Both the position numbers and the translations under genes were made by a program. From positions 224,001-288,000 of the forward strand of contig JAUVNS010000006.1 in the NCBI GenBank assembly GCA_030599585.1: 64,000 nucleotides of DNA, in the 5' to 3' direction. The notes beneath the pieces are model-generated. The model did no database searches. It was not told the origin of the DNA and was given only the letters and a program-made list of their open reading frames with translations. Origin of the DNA: Promethearchaeota archaeon. Its GTDB lineage: Archaea; Asgardarchaeota; Lokiarchaeia; Sigyniarchaeales; SOKP01. Positions 1 through 10,407 of the stretch are shown in pieces. Position 1 is the first letter of the stretch. Each line of letters begins with the position of its first letter.

Positions 1-286
1 TAATGCTATCACGCTTAGAAAGATCGCACATAAAGATCGCTGCAGACGATCCTTGAGCATAGATAGGTAAAAGAGAGCTAAACTTATCTTCTCCGGCAAA
101 ATCCCAAATTTGTAGCGTTATTTTCATAGTTTCCGTTTCTATGAATTTCATCAAAATTGCCGCTCCTAAAGTCGACTTTTGGTCATGATCAAACTTAGCA
201 GTAATATATCGATTGATCAATGATGACTTACCAACACCTGAATCTCCAAATATACACATTTTGAAGGCTAAATTAAGTTTTTCCAT
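1..286 (-). CDS. Rab/Ras-like small GTPase (3' end runs off the window; not in ORF track)
   Basis: Manual translation from ATG at 286: MEKLNLAFKMCIFGDSGVGKSSLINRY...STLGA...LQIWDFAGEDKF. G1 GDSGVGKS and G3 WDFAG are present. Confidence 0.93.
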   Translation of the reverse strand, partial: MEKLNLAFKMCIFGDSGVGKSSLINRYITAKFDHDQKSTLGAAILMKFIETETMKITLQIWDFAGEDKFSSLLPIYAQGSSAAIFMCDLSKRDSI

Positions 287-451
287 AACCTGAATTCTTT
301 ACTAAAGGATTAAATTAATGAATTTGATTTTTAAAAAGTCTTTCAAACACTTTTCTTATACCATACCACAAGGCAAGTATTATACTTCCTTGTAATCAAT
401 TAAAGTTACATGGGTTAAAAAAATTTACTACTTTAAAATTTAAATTATATT

Positions 452-1129
452 CTAAAGATACGGTTGATCTTTTATTTTTTTACGCGCGCCATATTTCTTA
501 GCTTGTTGATTCCAACCTAAATTTCCCATTTTTGTATAAAGAGTAATAGGTATGAATTTTTTTCCAAAAAGCTCAGTAGCTTCGACTGGAATATCTTTTC
601 CGTCTGCTAAGGCTTGTGCTGCTATATCAAGCCCTTTTATCACATTTCTTACCATCCCTCCACGCTCTTCCAAGGATCGACCACCGATTGCTCCTCCCAT
701 TCCAAGCGATAATGCGCCTTTCCACTCAAATCCCACTTCTCTAGAAAATATTTTACAAATTGATACTGCAGTGTTATTATGCTGAGTTTCTGGAAAACCA
801 CAGTTGATGATTATCGCAAATCCTTGTTTGTCTCGATCTTCTTTTGATTTTCTATGATCAGCTATAAGCTCCAGTGCTTTAATAACTCCCGCAGGTAAAC
901 AATCAACATAGAGAGGAAATGCTAAAATAATCAAACCAGCTTCTTCCACTTTAGTGAGTAGGTTTTTCTGTCCTTCTTCTTTTCTAACGAGTTTGTAAAT
1001 ATATTCTTTACCAACTGTCAAACCATATTGTTCTAATCGTGAAATTAAGTAATCTCCAAGAGAATTAGATGTGCTTGACGCGCTTTTTGGGCTTCCAACT
1101 AGTAATAAAATGTTATTATTATTATTCAT
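452..1129 (-). CDS. Flavodoxin-like NAD(P)H-dependent FMN reductase family protein
   Basis: N-terminal LLLVGSPK..STS phosphate-binding loop, LAFPLYVD and NCGFPE motifs. Overlaps the next gene by 4 nt. Confidence 0.8.
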   Translation of the reverse strand: MNNNNNILLLVGSPKSASSTSNSLGDYLISRLEQYGLTVGKEYIYKLVRKEEGQKNLLTKVEEAGLIILAFPLYVDCLPAGVIKALELIADHRKSKEDRDKQGFAIIINCGFPETQHNNTAVSICKIFSREVGFEWKGALSLGMGGAIGGRSLEERGGMVRNVIKGLDIAAQALADGKDIPVEATELFGKKFIPITLYTKMGNLGWNQQAKKYGARKKIKDQPYL

Positions 1130-1701
1130 AGAATAGCTTCTACCTCTATTATTGCGTTATTAAAATTATCAGTAAAACCTGACAAGTCTTCACCTTTTAA
1201 GGATATTATAGCTCGCTGAAAAGGAGCCCACATATTAATGGCATTTCGAGCAACTAACGTTTTAAATATCTCTTCCTTTTCGGTATCGTGTTTGTCTATA
1301 AGCCCTATACTTAATAAGGACTGTTGTTTTTCGTATCTTTTTGAGTGATGAATCTCTCCATCTACTTTTGTAAAATAAGGTAATACTCGGCCTATTTGAC
1401 GATCTAGGGCTTTTTTTAGAATTGACGAATATCCTCCAAACATAATGGGTGTAAGATAAATTATTAGATCGCTATGAATCATGTCATTTACAATATTTTC
1501 TTCGTAATCTTTAATTACACATTCGCCGGGGGTTTGAACCCAACATCCAAAACAACCAGTACAATAACCAATAACCTTATCTTCAAGACCAATGGAGATT
1601 ACTTCCCAATTTAGATTCGTGAGTTCTTCAACCATTAAATCAAAAATCTTAGTAGATTCGTTATTAGTGGATTTGGTTCCATCTAAAATTAAAGCTTTCA
1701 T
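1126..1701 (-). CDS. Iron-sulfur flavoprotein / flavodoxin family protein
   Basis: CTGCFGCW-x5-EC cluster motif; TPIMFGGYSS..K..DR. Confidence 0.85.
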   Translation of the reverse strand: MKALILDGTKSTNNESTKIFDLMVEELTNLNWEVISIGLEDKVIGYCTGCFGCWVQTPGECVIKDYEENIVNDMIHSDLIIYLTPIMFGGYSSILKKALDRQIGRVLPYFTKVDGEIHHSKRYEKQQSLLSIGLIDKHDTEKEEIFKTLVARNAINMWAPFQRAIISLKGEDLSGFTDNFNNAIIEVEAIL

Positions 1702-1896
1702 TTCAAACTTCTCTATAAGTCATTATTATTTTTTTAAATGTAAATTAATATAAAATTTAATATTTCCCGCTTTAAAAAAAATGAATAGACCAATTTTAAT
1801 AATATCTTGAAGAAGTTAAGCTAAACTCTTAAATTGTAGAAAAAAGTCAATTTTAAAATAAGTAAAATAAAAAAAAAATAAAAAAAGAAATTTTGC

Positions 1897-2718
1897 TTAC
1901 TCTGTACTACCCATGATTTTATTCCACTTTTTGGAAGAGATGAAAAACAACCCTACCACAAGGCTAACAACTGGACCCATGATGAACATGGAGAAAGTTG
2001 GGTCCGCACCTTCAAAGAACATGGAATAGAATGCTAAAGGAAACCCTGCCGAAATTGCCAAGAATAATCCAGCCAAACCGGCAACTCGCACAAACTCTTT
2101 CTTTTTGGCTAGGAAAAGCCCTACTGCTACATATCCAAAAATAAAGGATGCAATCATATTCGTAGGCATAGTGAGCATATATATACTAGCTTCACCATAA
2201 TCAGGTATTCTATTTAACATTCTTGTAGTTGCCGCAATTCCGTTTATGAAATTCAGAATGAATGCCATACCAACGCCCAAACCAAGTATTGCTTTACCCC
2301 AAGATTCTTTCCCATTGTTTCTTACTAGAATGAAGTATACCAATAAATTAGGGAAAAAAATCAGAAACCAAGGACCTGGTACCGCTGCTTTACTTTCCAT
2401 AGCAGGAATATTTGGCCACATGGTGGCAAAAAGGGTTATAACTACGGCGATTACACCTACTGAATGAGCCCAATCCTTTTTCTGGTAAAAGCCCACACCC
2501 GCAACTAACCATAATATCCCTCCCAGAATACCGACACCCGCAAAAGCAGGTATGAAAAAGGGAGCTGTAAGTCTGCACTCTTGAGCGGCGGCGGTTTCGG
2601 CAGCCAAAATAGGTTCTAGAAAGAGAAAGATTAATAAATAGGAAAGAAATACTCCTAAAATCCCCAAAATGATGGAGACAAATCCCATAAATCCACTATA
2701 TCTCATTTTTATTACCAA
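1897..2718 (-). CDS. Multi-pass membrane protein, unknown function
   Basis: About 8 hydrophobic segments in 273 aa. Confidence 0.7.
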   Translation of the reverse strand: MVIKMRYSGFMGFVSIILGILGVFLSYLLIFLFLEPILAAETAAAQECRLTAPFFIPAFAGVGILGGILWLVAGVGFYQKKDWAHSVGVIAVVITLFATMWPNIPAMESKAAVPGPWFLIFFPNLLVYFILVRNNGKESWGKAILGLGVGMAFILNFINGIAATTRMLNRIPDYGEASIYMLTMPTNMIASFIFGYVAVGLFLAKKKEFVRVAGLAGLFLAISAGFPLAFYSMFFEGADPTFSMFIMGPVVSLVVGLFFISSKKWNKIMGSTE

Positions 2719-2923
2719 TCCGTTTTTAATTTTATATTTAATTTTTTTTAAAATAAATTATATTTAAAAATAATATGGATTACAATTATATAAAAGTTTT
2801 CACAAAAGTAGAATTTTGATTTCTAAAATTGGGAATTAAGAAAAGATTGTCTGATTTATGCTTCTTCTTCAAAATATCGATTATTTAAAAAAAGTTGGGA
2901 TATCATATATCTATCTAAAAGCC

Positions 2924-3928
2924 CTATTTTCGTCCTATACCAAACAGATGCCCTTTGTATACAAAAACTTTAGCTTCTTTGGCACCTGCTTTAAGTAATA
3001 CATCTTTAAAACCTTCTTCGGAGTAGAATTCTATATCGGTGTAAATATATTTGACCCATTTAGTGAAAATATTAAGAAACGCATGGTCTATGTCTGGCAC
3101 ATTTGTATAGCTGTGAATTATTACAACTCCATTCTCCTTAACAATCCTAAACGCTTCTGACAGAATAGACTCTTTAGATACATCTTTAAAATTAGTGTTT
3201 CTGAAGTGATAAGGGACAAATACTCCGTCAAAAAAATTATCCGATTCTCTGATGGTATTGCTAAATAAAGAAGTATTTTGAACATTCTCCAAGCCCAATT
3301 TATAAATGTTTTCAAAAGCCTCTTTATTAGATAAGATAAATAAATTCTTAGTTAATGTAGAAAAAATGTTTATACATTTAACATTAATAAAATTACTAAA
3401 CCATATATAAAGCATAGTTCCAAATTTCTTATCTTCTAAATCCGAGAGTACTTTTTCTTCAACTACTTCTTTAATGATCTCTGGTAGAAATTTACTCTGC
3501 TCAGCTTCGATTAACCCAAATTCTATAATATGTTTTAGAATTGTGTTAATGAGAATTTCAGTGTATTGAGTTGCTTCAACTGATTCGACTCTATCTTTTT
3601 TATCGTAATTGAACTTAACTAACCCTTTCTTTTCTAAATTGTCTAAACTATAGTAAAGACTTGAACTAGAGAATATTTTATTTGCTTGGATAAAATTTTT
3701 AAATTTTTTTGCCCCAGCGGGAACATCGTTAAAATTAGTTATTTCCGCTACCTTTTGTTTTTCTCTGGTTAAAAATTGCGAAATTTCGTTATATAAATTA
3801 TGTCGAACTACTGGCTTCGTGTGTTTCATCAATAGTTGTAGCATTACCATATCTACAATGGAGAGGTTCACGATATCCTTAATTGAAAAACTATCAATAG
3901 ACTTTTTTTTCTCGGTTTGATCGGGCAT
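2924..3928 (-). CDS. Winged-HTH protein fused to a degenerate methyltransferase-like domain
   Basis: SSSSLYYSLDNLEKKGLV recognition helix/wing. The C-terminal FDGVF..YHF..LSEAFRIVKENGVVII resembles class I MTase motifs but there is no GxG motif. Confidence 0.6.
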   Translation of the reverse strand: MPDQTEKKKSIDSFSIKDIVNLSIVDMVMLQLLMKHTKPVVRHNLYNEISQFLTREKQKVAEITNFNDVPAGAKKFKNFIQANKIFSSSSLYYSLDNLEKKGLVKFNYDKKDRVESVEATQYTEILINTILKHIIEFGLIEAEQSKFLPEIIKEVVEEKVLSDLEDKKFGTMLYIWFSNFINVKCINIFSTLTKNLFILSNKEAFENIYKLGLENVQNTSLFSNTIRESDNFFDGVFVPYHFRNTNFKDVSKESILSEAFRIVKENGVVIIHSYTNVPDIDHAFLNIFTKWVKYIYTDIEFYSEEGFKDVLLKAGAKEAKVFVYKGHLFGIGRK

Positions 3929-4165
3929 AATCGTTAAATTTCAAGAGCAATATTTTCAATCTCTATTCAACAATTAATTCACTTTTGTTATTAAATTTTA
4001 TTCTTGGGAATCATAAATTCCAAATTTTTTATAGCACCAAAATTCTCTGGAACAACCAACTCAATTTTATGTTAAACCGTTTTAGACGGGTCATATTAAT
4101 AAAATTTAGCGATTATGATAAATATCCTAAATAATTATCATAAAAAAGAAAAGAAAAAAAAACTA

Positions 4166-4633
4166 TTATTTTGAATCTTTCTGATTATCTTTAGCGATTA
4201 TGAGGTTATTTAATATTCTTCTTAAATAATCTTCAAAAGTATCTCTTTCTCCCTCTGTTAGATTGCCGTAAAATACTTCTGTCATTTCTCCAGATATTTT
4301 TTCGTAATCTTCTTTGAATTTTTTACTCTTGTCAGAGAGTTTAACAATAAATTCTCTTCTATCTTTACCAGATTCTCTCGATAAAAAATCCTTTTTTTCA
4401 AGCCGATCTAACATCGTAGTTAATGTAGATTTTGTTAGTTGAGTTTTGATTGAAAGCTCGCGTATAGGTATATTGTCTCGCTGCCAGAGAGTGTAAAGTA
4501 TTCGCCCTCGTCCCGAATTTAATTCGTCAAGACCGTAATCCTTTAGCATTTTATTAAAGATTCTGTTAGTGATTTGGTGAATTTTAGCAATTAAAAATCC
4601 ACTTTCTCGCTGTTCTTGCTTTTCTGGATTCAT
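4166..4633 (-). CDS. MarR family transcriptional regulator
   Basis: KSTLTTMLDRLEKKDFLSR...DRR wHTH signature. Confidence 0.92.
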   Translation of the reverse strand: MNPEKQEQRESGFLIAKIHQITNRIFNKMLKDYGLDELNSGRGRILYTLWQRDNIPIRELSIKTQLTKSTLTTMLDRLEKKDFLSRESGKDRREFIVKLSDKSKKFKEDYEKISGEMTEVFYGNLTEGERDTFEDYLRRILNNLIIAKDNQKDSK

Positions 4634-5100
4634 AACTTAAAGTTTACCTGTTTCAATTTGTAATAATACCTAGCATTCTTAGGAGTCAATCGCAGTAAAG
4701 TATAATCTGAATCTTCGATTCCTTTTGGATAATATTTCGTCCACCAATCTAACCAAATATTTTTCTTTAACTTGATATCGTCGATGAATTCCACTGAGCC
4801 CCCCAACATAAACCCTTGGAAATTATCTGCGTCACAAAAATAAACGCACAATAAAGGATTATTTTTTAAATGCTCAACTTTTGTCGAAGATGTATTGGTT
4901 GATATGTAGATTGTAAAAATATCTTCTTGGTTTTGAAAAAATTCTGAGAATTCTGGAAACTGTTCCTTGTTTCTTAAATTAAACATTGCCCTAGTTATTG
5001 GAAAACCTTCTGAGTCAATTGTTGTAAGATATGCCGCTTTTGATTCTGAGATTAGTTTTAATGCCGATTTTTTAACTTTTTCTACCTCTTCAAGTCCCAT
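4630..5100 (-). CDS. Pyridoxamine 5'-phosphate oxidase-like (general stress protein 26 type) flavin-binding protein
   Basis: LTTIDSEGFPITRAM, STNTSSTKV..LKNNP, YYPKGIEDSDY. Confidence 0.85.
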   Translation of the reverse strand: MGLEEVEKVKKSALKLISESKAAYLTTIDSEGFPITRAMFNLRNKEQFPEFSEFFQNQEDIFTIYISTNTSSTKVEHLKNNPLLCVYFCDADNFQGFMLGGSVEFIDDIKLKKNIWLDWWTKYYPKGIEDSDYTLLRLTPKNARYYYKLKQVNFKL

Positions 5101-5130
5101 TATTCACACGACCTTGTTTTTTATTTATTA

Positions 5131-5478
5131 CTATAGATATTTTCTTATTTCTTCTAAATTGCGCTTCGCATTTGGATCTTTTTCAAGACTATTTTTTAGA
5201 ATATCGCAAATATAATCGTCACAATAAGCACAATTTTCCAACTCTTTTTCAGTACAACACTTTTTAATGTCGCAGTTATCAACCCAACTAAAATGCCTGC
5301 CTTCTTTACAGCACCCATCGCAATAAATCTCCTCAGGTTTGAATTTCATATTATCACTTGACCATTCTTTTGCGATTTTCTTGATTTCTTCTACATCATT
5401 TTTTTGAGTTGCTAAATAAGCTGGACATTCAGCACAATTAATTCCACAATGTGATAAGATTTTGTCTATAATTGTCAC
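5131..5478 (-). CDS. DUF3795-type Cys-rich protein
   Basis: CGINCAECPAY, CDGC, CDIKKCC, NCAYCDDYIC pattern. Confidence 0.85.
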   Translation of the reverse strand: MTIIDKILSHCGINCAECPAYLATQKNDVEEIKKIAKEWSSDNMKFKPEEIYCDGCCKEGRHFSWVDNCDIKKCCTEKELENCAYCDDYICDILKNSLEKDPNAKRNLEEIRKYL

Positions 5479-5630
5479 CTAAGTTTACTTTTAATCGTCT
5501 AACGCTTTTTTAATTAATATTATAAAAAAAATTAGTTCGTCGTCGTACTATCCTATATCGTAATATTTAAACATTTTCATTTTTCAAATATGAAAATCTT
5601 TTTTTACATCTCCTCCTAATAAACTTTAAG

Positions 5631-6041
5631 ATGCCAAAAAATTTCCCTCTGAATCATAAAGGGTTCCATCCGTTTGGAGATTTAATTGGTTTAAAATTTA
5701 CTAAACTCGAAAAGGGATATTCCCAATGCACTTTAGACATTGTTGACAAATTGCTAAATCCTCACAAAGTAGTACATGGGGGAGTATTGTACTCAATGGC
5801 AGATACGGGGATGGGGGCAGCAGCGTATACCACTTTAGCTAAAAACGAACTTTGTGCAACAATTGAAATCAAAATTAATTACTTTAAAGCTACAAGGGCT
5901 GGTGTGCTTACTTGCAATACAAAAGTAATACATCAAGGCAAGAAAATTGTTGCAATGGATTCTGAAATTTTAAACGACGGTCAAATTGTAGCAAAAGCTA
6001 TGGGAACTTATTCTATATTTAAACCGAAAAATAATTCTTAA
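5631..6041 (+). CDS. PaaI family hot-dog thioesterase
   Basis: NPHKVVHGGVLYSMADTGMG; TIEIKINY. Confidence 0.92.
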   Translation: MPKNFPLNHKGFHPFGDLIGLKFTKLEKGYSQCTLDIVDKLLNPHKVVHGGVLYSMADTGMGAAAYTTLAKNELCATIEIKINYFKATRAGVLTCNTKVIHQGKKIVAMDSEILNDGQIVAKAMGTYSIFKPKNNS

Positions 6042-6091
6042 ATCCTACTATTGGACAAAGGTTACATTAAATAAGTTTAATATTGATTATT

Positions 6092-7027
6092 CTATTGTTT
6101 CCTATTGAGAATTACGCCCAAGTTACGGGGGTATACGGATAAGTAGTAGCCTAAGCCGTGTTCTTCAACTTTATTTTTAGTTTCTTCAGGTAAGTTTTCT
6201 ACGGACATTCCTTTCAAGAGTAATCTTGTCTCTTCCTCGCTAAAAGATGGTCCAGGTTCGATCCAATTTATAACTTTCTCGTTTGCAGGGCACACTTTTT
6301 GACAATGAAGGCAACCAACTAAGCAATTATGCCAGGACGGATCAATCCAGTCCGGAAAAGGCACATCAACGGAATGTTCGTTATGAAAAGTTAAACACCG
6401 TTCGGCGCGTAAAAGAAACTCATCTTTAGGAATGGCTCCAGTAGGGCAACTACGGACACATGCAGAACACTCCTTGCAAAGATCCATCATTCGTAATTCT
6501 TGCCAATTGTCTTGTTCGTAAGGAAAATCGGAGTAAAACGTAAACAAACGATGAAAACTACCCATTCCTTGTATATATGTAATATTATTTCTACCGTATT
6601 CAGCTAATCCGACACGTACAGCTAAAGTTTTTTGAGGTAGACGAGCAAATTCTACGCTATAGCCGCTCGGATTTAACAAGTCACTTAAAAACGCCTTTGA
6701 TTCTTTGATTAACGCTCCACCATGTAAATAAGTTGGGGGTACTATCAGAGGTACTTCTTTATTTTTCCAGGTAAAAACGATTTTGTATTGGGGTTGTGGC
6801 ATTGCTATCATAAAAAGAGATTTTACCTCACCAAAATCCGTCTTAGGTTCAAATTCAAAATATTTTTCATACTCTTTGTAGAATGCTGGATCTAAAAGCT
6901 TCTCGTCGTTAAAAGTTTTAACTGCGATTTGTAAATCTGGGATGCGTTTAGCCGTAATGACTTTTCCTTTATATCCTTTTAATTCTAATATTTTGTAAAA
7001 TTTCTCAATAATCGTATTATCACTCAT
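6092..7027 (-). CDS. Epoxyqueuosine reductase (QueG)-like 4Fe-4S double-cluster protein
   Basis: K.LAVRVGLAEYGRNN, CKECSACVRSCPTGAI, CL, GCLHCQKVCPAN. Confidence 0.75.
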   Translation of the reverse strand: MSDNTIIEKFYKILELKGYKGKVITAKRIPDLQIAVKTFNDEKLLDPAFYKEYEKYFEFEPKTDFGEVKSLFMIAMPQPQYKIVFTWKNKEVPLIVPPTYLHGGALIKESKAFLSDLLNPSGYSVEFARLPQKTLAVRVGLAEYGRNNITYIQGMGSFHRLFTFYSDFPYEQDNWQELRMMDLCKECSACVRSCPTGAIPKDEFLLRAERCLTFHNEHSVDVPFPDWIDPSWHNCLVGCLHCQKVCPANEKVINWIEPGPSFSEEETRLLLKGMSVENLPEETKNKVEEHGLGYYLSVYPRNLGVILNRKQ

Positions 7028-7169
7028 CGTCGCTTAGGCTCTATGCAATATTAATTAAATAATACTCGACACTTAATAGTCTTATTTCATTTTTTATTGA
7101 TTTTAGTAATTAAAATATAATTAAAACAATCACTAGCAAATTTGATAGGTTTATTGGGATAATTGATCG

Positions 7170-7214
7170 TTTTACCACTAAATTTAGCTAAAATAAACAT
7201 TTTTGGTGGTAAAA
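7170..7214. promoter_or_regulatory. Inverted repeat in a divergent intergenic region
   Basis: TTTTACCACTAAA (7170-7182) and TTTGGTGGTAAAA (7202-7214), 12 of 13 complementary, between divergent genes starting at 7027 and 7301. Confidence 0.4.
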
Positions 7215-7300
7215 AAGATAGTTTTATTAATAAATAGGGTAGAATGTTTAAATATTAGAATTATATTTAAAATCTTAATACATAAAAGGTGTTAAATTAA

Positions 7301-8026
7301 ATGGCTCTTCCGAATATCGATATATTAAATGGAATTACTGGTCTAGAAATTATTCTTAGTGGCTATATATTAGGCTTTATTCTTATTTTCAAGCATGCAC
7401 GAAAAGCACCAAACAAAAAAGTTAAAAAAAACTTAATATTAAGCGGAATTGGTTTGATCACACTTTTTCAAGCATGGTTTGGCGTTTCAGCAAGTTTTAC
7501 ATTAATGGTGTTAGGATTTGACGCTCTACCGGGCGTCCCAATAAATGTTCAGGTATTTTCATATGCATGGGGACCAACTATAGGAGTTCCCATTTGGGCG
7601 TATATCACATCGAGTTTATTCAAAAAAGGTCGCTACAAAATACCTATTACGGGAATATTCCTAATATTGAGCATTATTTTTGCGGTGTTCGTCTATTTTG
7701 TTCCTGGTTCTACTTCCTGGCATGCATCACCAAGTGGATTACCTGAAACAGGAATCAGAGGCGTAGCTTTGTATACGCTAGGGATTATGTTGATTATAAT
7801 GATGGTATTTCTAGGACCTATCGCTATTATATCGGGTTTAAAAATAGAGGACAAAAGCGCTAAATGGAAGAGATTCATGTTTGGTTTTGGGATAATAATG
7901 GGGTCCCTCTTTGGAATTGTCGATGCGGGAGTTTCAGGTCTTCCCTTAATTGGTTTAGCTATTGTCAAAGCAGGTATTTTTACATCAATTTTTCTAATAT
8001 ATGAAGGAATAGACAAAGGAACATAA
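7301..8026 (+). CDS. Stand-alone 7-TM membrane protein (putative sensor)
   Basis: Seven hydrophobic segments with short loops; first gene of an apparent operon with HAMP proteins. Confidence 0.65.
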   Translation: MALPNIDILNGITGLEIILSGYILGFILIFKHARKAPNKKVKKNLILSGIGLITLFQAWFGVSASFTLMVLGFDALPGVPINVQVFSYAWGPTIGVPIWAYITSSLFKKGRYKIPITGIFLILSIIFAVFVYFVPGSTSWHASPSGLPETGIRGVALYTLGIMLIIMMVFLGPIAIISGLKIEDKSAKWKRFMFGFGIIMGSLFGIVDAGVSGLPLIGLAIVKAGIFTSIFLIYEGIDKGT

Positions 8027-8052
8027 TTTTAACAAATCAGAAATAAAAAGAG

Positions 8053-9789
8053 TTGAGTATAATGGGGATTGAGCAAAGATTAGGTAAAGATAAGTCGTTA
8101 AAAAAACGAATCATGACGACTATGGTCATTAGTATTTTAATACCGTTCATGATTTTAACCTTAGTATTAATATTAATGCTAATATCGAATATAGACGAAT
8201 TTATTGTGGATGGTCACAGTCAACTTGAAGTACTCAAACTACCGATAATCTTATCTTTCTCTCTTATTGCGGTAGGAGTTATTTTTATAGTACTTTTTGG
8301 AGTCATTAGAATCGCTAATAGAATTACATTACCTATTATTGATTTAACTCATTCATTAGAAAATATTACTGAAGGAGATCTGTCTCAAGAAATTATTATT
8401 GATGGCAGGATCAGAGGGAATGAGATTGGTTTGCTCGCCCAATCGTTTCAAAGTTTATTAGTAACAATGCGTTTGGGAAATAAAAGTTATTATCAAGGAG
8501 ATTTAACTGTCGCGTTCGCAAATTATAACGCAGCTTTAGATTTATTTAAATCAACAAAAGATCACCATGGGCAAGGAATGTGTTTGAATAACATTGGAAA
8601 TATCTATAGAAATTGGGGCGATTTAAAAGAAGCAATGGAATCTTACGATAAGGCTATTGAAATTGCTTTAGAACACGACGATATTTCTGGCTTAGGTCCT
8701 CGCTACAATAATAGAGGGCTTCTTTTCCTTTCAGAAGAAAACTGGACAAAAGCAATGAACGATTTTAACAAGGCTCTTGAGATGGATAAGGAAATGGGAG
8801 ATGAAGAAGGAATAGCCTCAAGAAAAAGAAACATAGGTATACTTCACATGCTTAAGAAAGAGTTAGATCTAGCTCAAGAGTTCCTAGATGAGGCAATTCA
8901 GTTAGATAGTAAATGGGAATATAATGTTGGATTAGCGGAAGATGAGTTTCAACTAGGAAGACTTGCTTTATTGAAGAACAATAATGAATTAGCGGAAGAG
9001 CATTTTAAAGATTCTTTAAAATTTGCTGAAGGTCTTGGAAACTATCCACTAATGAAAAATGTTCTTGAAATATTAGTAGATTTGTATGAAAATCAAGGAA
9101 ATACAACGCTCCATCATAAGGCGGAGAACGAGCTTTCAAAATTAACCACTGTACTCGTTCGAAAAAAAGACGTAATATTTGTAATAGATCAATCAGGAAG
9201 CATGCATGAATGGGGAAAAATGGGAGCCGCTCGAACAGGAGCTTTAGGAGTTTTTAACGAAACGATTAACATCGGGGATCGAATAGCTGTTATAGGATTC
9301 CATTCTAAAACATTAGTACATCTAAAATTGACTGAGAAGAAAGGAGCTTTTTCTGACATTACAGATATTTTTAACAATTTGAAAGCTCAACCATATAACA
9401 CTCGCTTATACGATTCTATAGCTCAAGCGATAGAAATGTTAATAGAAGCACCAAGAATTAGGGGTGAAGAATCTCAGGAACGCCTGAAATGGGTCGTTAC
9501 TTTAACAGATGGAGAAGATAACGAAAGTAAAAACTATAATCCAAAAAAAATATCAAAATTAATTCAAACTATCAAACCACCCCTGAATTTTATATTAATT
9601 GGAATTGGCCCCGAACTTAAAAAATATCATCGTAAGATGACTGATATGGTTAATGCCACTCCACGTGGAAAATATATCACCATTTATTCTGTTAAAAATG
9701 TTCAAAAACGAATAGAAAATGCTTTTAAAACAGTTAAGGAAATTATGGCATCATCTGAAATAGAAGGTTTCGTACCGGAGGAAGGATAA
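8053..9789 (+). CDS. 2-TM + HAMP + TPR + von Willebrand A domain protein
   Basis: Two TM helices; HAMP (ITLPIIDL...ITEGDLS...[10 protein letters not shown]); TPRs ([16 protein letters not shown]); v[20 protein letters not shown]. Confidence 0.85.
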   Translation: MSIMGIEQRLGKDKSLKKRIMTTMVISILIPFMILTLVLILMLISNIDEFIVDGHSQLEVLKLPIILSFSLIAVGVIFIVLFGVIRIANRITLPIIDLTHSLENITEGDLSQEIIIDGRIRGNEIGLLAQSFQSLLVTMRLGNKSYYQGDLTVAFANYNAALDLFKSTKDHHGQGMCLNNIGNIYRNWGDLKEAMESYDKAIEIALEHDDISGLGPRYNNRGLLFLSEENWTKAMNDFNKALEMDKEMGDEEGIASRKRNIGILHMLKKELDLAQEFLDEAIQLDSKWEYNVGLAEDEFQLGRLALLKNNNELAEEHFKDSLKFAEGLGNYPLMKNVLEILVDLYENQGNTTLHHKAENELSKLTTVLVRKKDVIFVIDQSGSMHEWGKMGAARTGALGVFNETINIGDRIAVIGFHSKTLVHLKLTEKKGAFSDITDIFNNLKAQPYNTRLYDSIAQAIEMLIEAPRIRGEESQERLKWVVTLTDGEDNESKNYNPKKISKLIQTIKPPLNFILIGIGPELKKYHRKMTDMVNATPRGKYITIYSVKNVQKRIENAFKTVKEIMASSEIEGFVPEEG

Positions 9790-9791
9790 AA

Positions 9792-10244
9792 ATGTCAATA
9801 CAAAAACAACGCAAATTTGGAATCAGACAACAAATTCTTGTTAGTTTCGTTATTTTATGCATAATTGCTTTGGGGAGTATTGCTATAACTGCAGCAATAT
9901 TCAATAATATGATCGGCGATAATATAGTTGGTGCTACACTTGAAGAACAAGAGCAAATTGTTGAAAACTTACAGACACAGATGGCTATAATATTTGTTTC
10001 GCTATGGGAAATAATCGTAATAAGTCTTTTTATAGGCTTAAAATTATCTGATTCAGTAGTGAAACCAATACATAAGTTGACTAATATAGCACTAAAATTA
10101 TGCACTCACGATCTAAAAACAGTTTCTTTTGAAGAGATAGACACTGATTTTGATGAAGAGATAGAGGTGCAAAATACAGAAATAGGTAATTTAACAGAAG
10201 CTTTTAAAAAGTTAGTGAAAAAAGTTAAAGAGGATATGGAATAG
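9792..10244 (+). CDS. 2-TM + HAMP protein lacking an output domain
   Basis: Two TM helices then VVKPIHKLT...[12 protein letters not shown], followed by the stop codon. Confidence 0.8.
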   Translation: MSIQKQRKFGIRQQILVSFVILCIIALGSIAITAAIFNNMIGDNIVGATLEEQEQIVENLQTQMAIIFVSLWEIIVISLFIGLKLSDSVVKPIHKLTNIALKLCTHDLKTVSFEEIDTDFDEEIEVQNTEIGNLTEAFKKLVKKVKEDME

Positions 10245-10407
10245 AGACTGTTCCTGCGATACGAGCAATTTTCCATTCTAATTACTCACCTATATAATTA
10301 GATAAAAGTTGTACAATTCCAACAAAACTCTCTAATATTTATTTAAGTGATTAAATCTACTAACATTATGGAATATTAAATTATAATTTATTTTATTGAG
10401 ATATTAA

